In this document: one piece after another, positions 21,101-32,800 of the stretch
How the letters are laid out: each line of letters begins with the position of its first letter
Numbering within the stretch: the first letter of the stretch is position 1
NCBI RefSeq assembly: GCF_964204645.1
Contig: NC_134036.1
Coordinates: 7,389,434 to 7,453,433, forward strand
Length of the DNA stretch: 64,000 nt
Source of the DNA: Tubulanus polymorphus
Lineage: Eukaryota; Animalia; Nemertea
Direction: 5' to 3'
Translations under genes and position numbers: made by a program
Notes under the pieces: model-generated
Seen by the model: the letters and a program-made list of their open reading frames with translations, nothing else
Told to the model about the DNA's origin: nothing
The model's database searches: none

Positions 21101-23895
21101 CTCATCAACTTCTCCTCGTATCGGAAAAATGAAAATGACGATCCGAAAACGCGCTCAAATCGACGGGAAAAGCACATTTCGGTCCGAAAACGTCGTTCAG
21201 CGCGAGAAAAGACGTTTTCTCATCAACTTTTCCCCGTATCGGAAAAATGAAAATCTCGACGCCCAAACGCTCTGAAATCGACGGGAAAGCACATTTCGGT
21301 CCGAAAACGTCGTTCAGCGCGAGAAAAGACGTTTTCGTATCGAATATTCCCCCTATCGGAAAAACGACAATGCCGAAGCGTCAAAGCGCTCAAATCGTCA
21401 GGAAAAGCTCTTTTCGACGCGAAAACGTCGTTCAGCGCGAGAAAAGACGTTTTCTCATCAACTTCTCCCCGTATCGGAAAAACGACAATGCCGATGCGTA
21501 AAAGCGCTCAAATCGACGGGAAAAGCACATTTCGGTCCGAAAACGTCGTTCAGCGCGAGAAAAGACGTTTTCTCATCAACTTCTCCCCGTATCGGAAAAA
21601 TGAAAATGTCGACGCCCAAACGCTCTGAAATCGACGGGAAAAGCACATTTCGGTCCGAAAACGTCGTTCAGCGCGAGAAAAGATGTTTCCTCATCAACTT
21701 CTCACCGTATCGGAAAAACGACAATGCCGATGCGTAAAAGCGCTCAAATCGTCAGGAAAAGCTCTTTTCGACGCGAAAACGTCGTTCAGCGCGAGAAAAG
21801 ACGTTTTCTCATCAACTTCTCTCCGTATCGGAAAAACGACAATGCCGATGCGTAAAAGCGCTCAAATCGTCAGGAAAAGCACTTTTCGACGCTAAAACGT
21901 CGTTCCGCGCGAGAAAAGACGTTTTCTCATCAACTTCTCCCCGTATCGGAAAATCGACAATGTCGATGCGTAAAAGCGCTCAAATCGTCAGGAAAAGCAC
22001 TTTTCGACGCGAAAACGTCGTTCAGCGCGAGAAAAGACGTTTTCTCATCAACTTCGCCCCGTATCGGAAAATCGACAATGTCGATGCGTAAAAGCGCTCA
22101 AATCGTCAGGAAAAGCACTTTTCGACGCTAAAACGTCGTTCAGCGCGAGAAAAGACGTTTTCTCATCAACTTCTCTCCGTATCGGATAAACGACAATGCC
22201 GATGCGTAAAAGCGCTCAAATCGTCAGGAAAAGCACTTTTCGACGCGAAAACGTCGTTCAGCGCGAGAAAAGACGTTTTCTCATCAACTTCTCCCCGTAT
22301 CGGAAAAATGAAAATGTCGACGCCCAAACGCTCTGAAATCGACGGGAAAAGCACATTTCGGTCCGAAAACGTCGTTCAGCGCGAGAAAAGATGTTTTCTC
22401 ATCAACTTCTCCCCGTATCGGAAAAAACGACAATGCCGATGCGTAAAAGCGCTCAAATCGTCAGGAAAAGCACTTTTCGACGCGAAAACGTCGTTCAGCG
22501 CGAGAAAAGACGTTTTCTCATCAACTTCTCCCCGTATCGGAAAATCGACAATGCCGATATGTAAAAGCGCTCAAATCGTCAGAAAAAGCACTTTTCGACC
22601 CGAAAACGTCGTTCAGCGCGAGAAAAGACGTTTTCGTATCGAATATTCCCCCTATCGGAAAAACGACAATGCCGATGCGTAAAAGCGCTCAAATCGTCAG
22701 GAAAAGCACTTTTCCACCCAAAAACGTCGTTCAGTGCGAGAAAAGACGTTTTCGTATCGAATATTCCCCCTATCGGAAAAACGACGATGCCGATGCGTAA
22801 AAGCGCTCAATTCGTCAGTAAAAGCACTTTTCGACCCGAAAACGTCGTTCAGCCCGAGAAAAGACGTTTTCGTATCGAATATTCCCCCTATCGGAAAAAC
22901 GACAATGCCGATGCGTAAAAGCGCTCAAATCGTCAGGAAAAGCACTTTTCGACGCTAAAACGTCGTTCAGCGCGAGAAAAGACGTTTTCTCATCAACTTC
23001 TCCCCGTATCGGAAAATCGACAATGCCGATGCGTAAAAGCGCTCAAATCGTCAGAAAAAGCACTTTTCGACCCGAAAACGTCGTTCACCGCGAGAAAAGA
23101 CGTTTTCGTATCGAATATTCCCCGAATCGGAAAAACGACAATGCCGATGCGTAAAAGCGCTCAATTCGTCAGGAAAAGCACTTTTCGACGCGAAAACGTC
23201 GTTCAGCGCGAGAAAAGACGTTTTCTCATCAACTTCTCCTCGTATCGGAAAAAATGAAAATGACGATCCGAAAACGCGCTCAAATCGACGGGAAAAGCAC
23301 ATTTCGGTTCGAAAACGTCGTTCAGCGCGAGAAAAGACGTTTTCTCATCAACTTTTCCCCGTATCGGAAAAATGAAAATCTCGACGCCCAAACGCTCTGA
23401 AATCGACGGGAAAAGCACATTTCGGTCCGAAAACGTCGTTCAGCGCGAGAAAAGACGTTTTCTCATCAACTTCTCCCCGTATCGGAAAAATGAAAATGTC
23501 GACGCCCAAACGCTCTGAAATCGACGGGAAAAGCACATTTCGGTCCGAAACGTCGTTCAGCGCGAGAAAAGATGTTCCTCATCAACTTCTCACCGTATCG
23601 GAAAAACGACAATGCCGATGCGTAAAAGCGCTCAAATCGTCAGGAAAAGCTCTTTTCGACGCGAAAACGTCGTTCAGCGCGAGAAAAGACGTTTTCTCAT
23701 CAACTTCTCTCCGTATCGGAAAAACGACAATGCCGATGCGTAAAAGCGCTCAAATCGTCAGGAAAAGCACTTTTCGACCCGAAAACGTCATTCAGCCCGA
23801 GAAAAGACGTTTTCTCATCAACTTCTCCCCGTATCGGAAAAATGAAATTGACGATCCGAAACGCGCTCAAATCGACGGGAAAAAGCACATTTCGG
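18102..23895 (+). repeat. Satellite B tandem array, 118-bp monomer, ~49 copies
   Basis: cgtcgttcagcgcgagaaaagacgtttt recurs at 18123, 18241, 18359 and onward (118-bp period). The monomer is rich in A/T tracts and has exchangeable internal variant blocks. Confidence 0.99.
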
Positions 23896-26800
23896 GCCTT
23901 GATCAGCGTTACGACCCGGCGCAGTGAGGGAGGGAGGGAGGCAGTAGGTCGGTCGTCCGTCCGTTCGTCAGTGTGCCGGCGGTGGTTGTTCGAAAAACGA
24001 CTAAGTGCTGACCGGGCCTTGATCAGCGTTACGACCCGGTGCAGTTAGGGAGGGAGGGAGGGAGGCAGTAGGTCCGTCGTCCGCCCGTTAGTCAGTGTCG
24101 GCGGTTGTTGTTCGAAAAACGACTAAGTGCTGACCGGGCCATGAACAGCGTTACGACCCGGCACCGGTCAGGAAGGGAGGGAGGGTGGCAGTAGGTCGGT
24201 CGTCCGTTCGTTCGTCAGTGTGCCGGCGGTGGTAGTTCGAAAAACGACTAAGTGCTGACCGGGCCTTGATCAGCGTTACGACCCGGTGCAGTGAGGGAGG
24301 GAGGGAGGGAGGGAGGGAGGGAGGGAGGGAGGGAGGGAGGGAGGGAGGGAGGGAGGGAGGAGGGAGGGAGGGAGGGAGGGAGGGAGGGAGGGAGGGAGGG
24401 AGGGAGGGAGGGAGGAGGGAGGGAGGGAGGGAGGGAGGGAGGGAGGGAGGGAGGGAGGGAGGGAGGGAGGGAGGGAGGGGAGGGAGGGAGGGAGGGAGGG
24501 AGGGAGGGAGGGAGGGAGGGAGGGAGGGAGGGAGGGAGGGAGGGAGGGAGGGAGGGAGGGAGGCAGTAGGTCGGTCGTCCGTCCGTTTCGTCAGTGTGCC
24601 GGCGGTGGTTGTTCGAAAAACGACTGAGTGCTGACCGGGCCATGATCAGCGTTACGACCCGGTGCAGTGAGGGAGGGAGGGAGGCACTAGGACAGTCGTC
24701 CGCCCGTTAGTCAGTGTGTCGGCGGTTGTTGTTCGAAAAACGACTAAGTGCTGACCGGGCCATGAACAGCGTTACGACCCGGCACCGGTCAGGAAGGGAG
24801 GAGGGTGGCAGTAGGTCGGTCGTCCGTTCGTTCGTCAGTGTGCCGGCGGTGGTTGTTCGAAAAACGACTAAGTGCTGACCGGGCCTTGATCAGCGTTACG
24901 ACCCGGCACCGGTCAGGGAGGGAGGGAGGGAGGCAGTAGGTCGGTCGTCCGTCCGTTCGTCAGTGTGCCGGCGGTGGTTGTTCGAAAAACGACTAAGTGC
25001 TGACCGGGCCTTGATCAGCGTTACGACCCGGTGCAGTTAGGGAGGGAGGGAGGGAGGCAGTAGGTCCGTCGTCCGCCCGTTAGTCAGTGTGTCGGCGGTT
25101 GTTGTTCGAAAAACGACTAAGTGCTGACCGGGCCATGAACAGCGTTACGACCCGGCACCGGTCAGGAAGGGAGGGAGGGTGGCAGTAGGTCGGTCGTCCG
25201 TTCGTTGGTCAGTGTGCCGGCGGTGGTAGTTCGAAAAACGACTAAGTGCTGACCGGGCCTTGATCAGCGTTACGACCCGGAGCAGTGTGGGAGGGAGGGG
25301 GACAGTAGGTCGGTCGTCCGTCCGTTCGTCAGTGTGCCGGCAGAGTTGGTTGTTCGAAAAACGACTAAGTGCTGACCGGGCCTTGATCAGCGTTACGACC
25401 CGGTGCTGTGAGGGAGGGAGGGAGGGAGGCAGTAGGTCGGTCGTCCATCCGTTCGTCAGTGTGCCGGCGGTGGTTGTTCGAAAAACGACTAAGTGCTGAC
25501 CGGGCCTTGATCAGCGTTACGACCCGGTGCAGTGAGGGAGGGAGGGAGGCAGTAGGTCGGTTCGTCCGTCCGGTCGTCAGTGTGCCGGCGGTGGTTGTTC
25601 GAAAAACGACTAAGTGCTGACCGGGCCTTGATCAGCGTTACGACCCGGCGCAGTGAGGGAGGGAGGGAGGGAGGGAGGCAGTAGGTCGGTCGTCCATCCG
25701 TTCGTCAGTGTGCCGGCGGTGGTTGTTCGAAAAACGACTAAGTGCTGACCGGGCCATGAACAGCGTTACGACCCGGCACCGGTCAGGGCGGGAGGGAGGG
25801 TGGCAGTAGGTCGGTCGTCCGTTCGTTCGTCAGTGTGCCGGCGGTGGTAGTTCGAAAAACGACTAAGTGCTGACCGGGCCTTGATCAGCGTTACGACCCG
25901 GCACCGGTCAGGAAGGGAGGGAGGGTGGCAGTAATTCGGTCGTCCGTTCGTTCGTCAGTGTGCCGGCGGTGGTAGTTCGAAAAACGACTAAGTGCTGACC
26001 GGGCCTTGATCAGCGTTACGACCCGGAGCAGTGTGGGAGGGAGGGGACAGTAGGTCGGTCGTCCGTCCGTTCGTCAGTGTGCCGGCAGAGTTGGTTGTTC
26101 GAAAAAACGACTAAGTGCTGACCGGGCCTTGATCAGCGTTACGACCCGGTGCTGTGAGGGAGGGAGGGAGGGAGGCAGTAGGTCGGTCGTCCATCCGTTC
26201 GTCAGTGTGCCGGCGGTGGTTGTTCGAAAAACGACTAAGTGCTGACCGGGCCTTGATCAGCGTTACGACCCGGTGCAGTGAGGGAGGGAGGGAGGCAGTA
26301 GGTCGGTCGTCCGTCCGGTCGTCAGTGTGCCGGCGGTGGTTGTTCGAAAAACGACTAAGTGCTGACCGGGGCCATGATCAGCGTTACGACCCGGTGCAGT
26401 GAGGGAGGGAGGGAGGCACTAGGACAGTCGTCCGCCCGTTAGTCAGGTGTGTCGGCGGTTGTTGTTCGAAAAACGACTAAGTGCTGACCGGGCCATGAAC
26501 AGCGTTACGACCCGGCACCGGTCAGGGAGGGAGGGAGGGAGGCAGTAGGTCGGTCGTCCGTCCGTTCGTCATTGTGCCGGCGGTGGTTGTTCGAAAAACG
26601 ACTAAGTGCTGAGCGGGCCTTGATCAGCGTTACGACCCGGTGCAGTGAGGGAGGGAGGGAGGCACTAGGACAGTCGTCCGCCCGTTAGTCAGTGTGTCGG
26701 CGGTTGTTGTTCGAAAAACGACTAAGTGCTGACCGGGCCTTGATCAGCGTTACGACCCGGCACCGGTCAGGGAGGGAGGGAGGGAGGCAGTAGGTCGGTA

Positions 26801-29800
26801 GTCCGTCCGTTCGTCAGTGTGCCGGCGGTGGTTGTTCGAAATACGACTAAGTGCTGACCGGGACTTGATCAGCGTTACGACCCGGAGCAGTGAGGGAGGG
26901 AGGGAGGCAGTAGGTCGGTCGTCCGTCCGTTCGCCAGTGTGCCGCTGGTGGTTGTTCGAAAAACAACTAAGTGCTGACCGGGCCTTGATCAGCGTTACGA
27001 CCCGGAGCATTGAGGGAGGGGAGGAGGCAGTAGGTCGGTCGTCCGTCCGTTTGTCAGTGTGCCGGCAGTGATGTTGTTCGAAAAACGACTAAGGCTGTCC
27101 GGGCCTTAATCAGCGTTACGACCCGGCGCTGGTCAGGGAGGGAGGGAGGGAGGCAGTAGGTCGGTCGTCCATCCGTTCGTCAGTGTGCCGGCGGTGGTTG
27201 TTCGAAAAACGACTAAGTGCTGACCGGGCCTTGATCAGCGTTACGACCCGGTGCAGTGAGGGAGGGAGGGAGGCAGTAGGTCGGTCGTCCGTCCGGTCGT
27301 CAGTGTGCCGGCGGTGGTTGTTCGAAAAACGACTAAGGGCTGACCGGGCCTTAATCAGCGTTACGACCCGGCGCAGTGAGGGAGGGAGGGAGGGAGGCAG
27401 TAGGTCGGTCGTCCATCCGTTCGTCAGTGTGCCGGCGGTGGTTGTTCGAAAAACGACTAAGTGCTGACCGGGCCATGAACAGCGTTACGACCCGGCACCG
27501 GTCAGGGCGGGAGGGAGGGTGGCAGTAGGTCGGTCGTCCGTCCGTTCGTCAGTGTGCCGGCGGTGGTTGTTCGAAAAACGACTAAGTGCTGACCGGGCCA
27601 TGATCAGCGTCACGACCCGGTGCAGTGAGGGAGGGAGGGAGGGAGGCAGTAGGTCCGTCGTCCGCCCGTTAGTCAGTGTGTCGGCGGTTGCTGTTCGAAA
27701 AACGACTAAGTGCTGACCGGGCCATGAACAGCGTTACGACCCGGCACCGGTCAGGAAGGGAGGGAGGGTGGCAGTAGGTCGGTCGTCCGTTCCTTCGTCA
27801 GTGTGCCGGCGGTGGTAGTTCGAAAAACGACTAAGTGCTGACCGGGCCTTGATCAGCGTTACGACCCGGTGCAGTGAGGGAGGGAGGGAGGCACTAGGAC
27901 AGTCGTCCGCCCGTTAGTCAGTGTGTCGGCGGTTGTTGTTCGAAAAACGACTAAGTGCTGACCGGGCCATGAACAGCGTTACGACCCGGCACCGGTCAGG
28001 AAGGGAGGGAGGGTGGCAGTAGGTCGGTCGTCCGTTCGTTCGTCAGTGTGCCGGCGGTGGTAGTTCGAAAAAACGACTAAGTGCTGACCGGGCCTTGATC
28101 AGCGTTACGACCCGGTGCAGTGAGGGAGGGAGGGAGGAGGCAGTAGGTCGGTCGTCCGTCCGTTCGTCAGTGTGCCGGTGGTTGTTGTTCGAAAAACGAC
28201 TAAGTGCTGACCGGGCCTTGATCAGCGTTACGACCCGGTGCAGTGAGGGAGGGAGGGAGGGAGCCAGTAGGTCGGTCGTCCGTCCGTTCGCCAGTGTGCC
28301 GCTGGTGGTTGTTCGAAAAACGACTAAGTGCTGAGCGGGCCTTGATCAGCGTTACGACCCGGTGCAGTGAGGGAGGGAGGGAGGGAGGCAGTAGGTCGGT
28401 CGTCCATCCGTTCGTCAGTGTGCCGGCGGTGGTAGTTCGAAAAACGACTAAGTGCTGACCGGGCCTTGATCAGCGTTACGACCCGGTGCAGTGAGGGAGG
28501 GAGGGAGGCTGTAGGTCGGTCGTCCGTCCGTTCGCCAGTGTGCCGCTGGTGGTTGTTCGAAAAACGACTAAGTGCTGACCGGGCCTTGATCAGCGTTACG
28601 ACCCGGAGCAGTGAGGGAGGGAGGGAGGCAGTAGGTCGGTCGTCCGTCCGTTCGCCAGTGTGCCGCTGGTGGTTGTTCGAAAACGACTAAGTGCTGACCG
28701 GGCCTTGATCAGCGTTACGACCCGGTGCAGTGAGGGAGGGAGGCAGTAGGTCGGTCATCCGTCCGTTCGTCAGTGTGCCGGCAGTGCTGGTTGTTTCGAA
28801 AAACGACTAAGTGCTGACCGGGCCTTGATAAGCGTTACGGACCCGGAGCAGTGAGGGAGGGGAGGGAGGGAAGCAGTAGGTCGGTCGTCCATCCGTTCGT
28901 CAGTGTGCCGGCAGTGCTGGTTGTTCGAAAAAACGACTAAGTGCTGACCGGGCCTTGATAAGCGTTACGACCCGGAGCAGTGAGGGAGGGAGGGAGGGAA
29001 GCAGTAGGTCGGTCGTCCATCCGTTCGTCAGTGTGCCGGCGGTGGTTGTTCGAAAAAACGACTAAGTGCTGACCGGGCCTTGATCAGCGTTACGACCCGG
29101 TGCAGTGAGGGAGGGAGGGAGGAGGCAGTAGGTCCGTCGTCCGCCCGTTAGTCAGTGTGTCGGCGGTTGCTGTTCGAAAAACGACTAAGTGCTGACCGGG
29201 CCATGAACAGCGTTACGACCCGGCACCGGTCAAGAAGGGAGGGAGGGTGGCAGTAGGTCGGTCGTCCGTTCGTTCGTCAGTGTGCCGGCGGTGGTAGTTC
29301 GAAAAAACGACTAAGTGCTGACCGGGCCTTGATCAGCGTTACGACCCGATGCAGTGAGGGAGGGAGGGAGGGAGGCAGTAGGTCCGTCGTCCGCCCGTTA
29401 GTCAGTGTGTCGGCGGTTGCTGTTCGAAAAACGACTAAGTGCTGACCGGGCCATGAACAGCGTTTACGACCCGGTGCAGTGAGGGAGGGAGGGAGGCACT
29501 AGGACAGTCGTCCGCCCGTTAGTCAGTGTGTCGGCGGTTGTTGTTCGAAAAAACGACTAAGTGCTGACCGGGCCATGAACAGCGTTACGACCCGGCACCG
29601 GTCAGGAAGGGAGGGAGGGTGGCAGTAATCGGTCGTCCGTTCGTTCGTCAGTGTGCCGGCGGTGGTAGTTCGAAAAACGACTAAGTGCTGACCGGGCCTT
29701 GATCAGCGTTACGACCCGGTGCAGTGAGGGAGGGAGGGAGGCACTAGGACAGTCGTCCGCCCGTTAGTCAGTGTGTCGGCGGTTGTTGTTCGAAAAACGA

Positions 29801-32800
29801 CTAAGTGCTGACCGGCCTTGATCAGCGTTACGACCCGGTGCAGTGAGGGAGGGAGGGAGGCAGTAGGTCGGTCGTCCGTCCGTTCGTCAGTGTGCCGGCG
29901 GTGGTTGTTCGAAAAACGACTAAGTGCTGACCGGGCCTTGATCAGCGTTACGACCCGGTGCAGTGAGGGAGGGAGGGAGGGAGGCAGTAGGTCGGTCGTC
30001 CGTTCGTTCGTCAGTGTGCCGGCGGTTGTTGTTCGAAAAACGACTAAGTGCTGACCGGGCCTTGATCAGCGTTACGACCCGGTGCAGTGAGGGAGGGAGG
30101 GAGGGAGGCAGTAGGTCGGTCGTCCATCCGTTCGTCAGTGTGCCGGCGGTGGTTGTTCGAAAAAACGACTAAGTGCTGACCGGGCCATGATCAGCGTTAC
30201 GACCCGGTGCAGTGAGGGAGGGAGGGAGGCACTAGGACAGTCGTCCGCCCGTTAGTCAGTGTGTCGGCGGTTGTTGTTCGAAAAACGACTAAGTGCTGAC
30301 CGGGCCATGAACAGCGTTACGACCCGGCACCGGTCAGGGAGGATGGGAGGGAGGCAGTAGGTCGGTCGTCCGTCCGTTCGTCATTGTGCCGGCGGTGGTT
30401 GTTCGAAAAACGACTAAGTGCTGAGCGGGCCTTGATCAGCGTTACGACCCGGTGCAGTGAGGGAGGGAGGGAGGCACTAGGACAGTCGTCCGCCCGTTAG
30501 TCAGTGTGTCGGCGGTTGTTTTTCGAAAAAACGACTAAGTGCTGACCGGGCCTTGATCAGCGTTACGACCCGGCACCGGTCAGGGAGGGAGGGAGGGAGG
30601 CAGTAGGTCGGTCGTCCGTCCGTTCGTCAGTGTGCCGCTGGTGGTTGTTCGAAAAAACGACTAAGTTCTGACCGGGCCTTGATCAGCGTTACGACCCGGA
30701 GCATTGAGGGAGGGAGGGAGGCAGTAGGTCGGTCGTCCGTCCGTTTGTCAGTGTGCCGGCAGTGATGGTTGTTCGAAAAAATGACTAAGGGCTGACCGGG
30801 CCTTGATCAGCGTTACGACCCGGCGCTGGTCAGGGCGGGAGGGAGGGAGGCAGTAGGTCGGTCGTCCATCCGTTCGTCAGTGTGCCGGCGGTGGTAGTTC
30901 GAAAAACGACTAAGTACTGACCGGGCCTAGATCAGCGTTACGACCCGGTGCAGTGAGGGAGGGAGGGAGGCAGTAGGTCGGTCGTCCGTCCGGTCGTCAG
31001 TGTGCCGGCGGTGGTTGTTCGAAAACGACTAAGTGCTGACCGGGCCATGATCAGCGTTACGAACCCGGTGCAGTGAGGGAGGGAGGGAGGAACTAGGACA
31101 GTCGTCCGCCCGTTAGTCAGTGTGTCGGCGGTTGTTGTTCGAAAAACGACTAAGTGCTGACCGGGCCTTGATCAGCGTTACGACCCGGCGCAGTGAGGGA
31201 GGGAGGAGGGAGGCAGTAGGTCGGTCGTCCATCCGTTCGTCAGTGTGCCGGCGGTGGTTGTTCGAAAAACGACTAAGTGCTGACCGGGCCTTGATCAGCG
31301 TTACGACCCGGTGCAGTGAGGGAGGGAGGGAGGCAGTAGGTCGGTCGTCCATCCGTTCGTCAGTGTGCCGGCGGTGGTAGTTCGAAAAACGACTAAGTGC
31401 TGACCGGGCCTTGATCAGCGTTACGACCCGGTGCAGTGAGGGAGGGAGGGAGGGAGGCAGTAGGTCGGTCGTCCATCCGTTCGTCAGTGTGCCGGCGGTG
31501 GTTGTTCGAAAAACGACTAAGTGCTGACCGGGCCATGATCAGCGTTACGACCCGGTGCAGTGAGGGAGGGAGGGAGGCACTAGGACAGTCGTCCGCCCGT
31601 TAGTCAGTGTGTCGGCGGTTGTTGTTCGAAAAACGACTAAGTGCTGACCGGGCCATGAACAGCGTTACGACCCGGCACCGGTCAGGGAGGGAGGCAGTAG
31701 GTCGGTCGTCCGTCCGTTCGTCATTGTGCCGGCGGTGGTAGTTCGAAAAACGACTAAGTGCTGACCGGGCCTTGATCAGCGTTACGGCCCGGAGCATTGA
31801 GGGAGGGAGGGAGGCAGTAGGTCGGTCGTCCGTCCGTTTCTCAGTGTGCCGGCAGCGATGGTTGTTCGAAAAATGACTAAGGGCTGACCGGGCCTTGATC
31901 AGCGTTACGACCCGGAGCATTGAGGGAGGGAGGGAGGCAGTAGGTCGGTCGTCCATCCGTTCGTCAGTGTGCCGGCGGTGGTAGTTCGAAAAACGACTAA
32001 GTGCTGACCGGGCCTAGATCAGCGTTACGACCCGGTGCAGTGAGGGAGGGAGGGAGGCAGTAGGTCGGTCGTCCGTCCGGTCGTCAGTGTGCCGGCGGTG
32101 GTTGTTCGAAAAACGACTAAGTGCTGACCGGGCCATGAACAGCGTTACGACCCGGCACCTGTCAGGAAGGGAGGGAGGGTGGCAGTAGGTCGGTCGTCCG
32201 TCCGTTCGTCAGTGTGCCGGCGGTGGTTGTTCGAAAAACGACTTAGTGCTGACCGGGCCTTGATCAGCGTTACGACCCGGAGCAGTGAGGGAGGGAGGGA
32301 GGCAGTAGGTCGGTCGTCCGTCCGTTCGCCAGTGAGCCGGCGGTGGTTGTTCGAAAAACGACTAAGTGCTGACTGGGCCTTGATCAGCGTTACGACCCGG
32401 AGCATTGAGGGAGGGAGGGAGGCAGTAGGTCGGTCGTCCGTCCGTTTGTCAGTGTGCCGGCAGTGATGGTTGTTCGAAAAAACGACTAAGGGCTGACCGG
32501 GCCATGAACAGCGTTTCGACCCGGCACCGGTCAGGAAGGGAGGGAGGGTGGCAGTAGGTCGGTCGTCCGTCCGTTCGTCAGTGTGCCGGCGGTGGTTGTT
32601 CGAAAAACGACTAAGTGCTGACCGGGCCTTGATCAGCGTTACGACCCGGTGCAGTGAGGGAGGGAGGGAGGCAGTAGGTCGGTCGTCCGTCCGTTCGTCA
32701 GTGTGCCGGCGGTGGTTGTTCGAAAAACGCCTAAGTGCTGACCGGATCTTGATCAGCGTTACGACCCGGTGCAGTGAGGGAGGGAGGGAGGGAGGCAGTA

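Noticed and set aside
18155-23927. ORFs within SatB
   Set aside because: They are frame-rotating translations of a 118-bp repeat.
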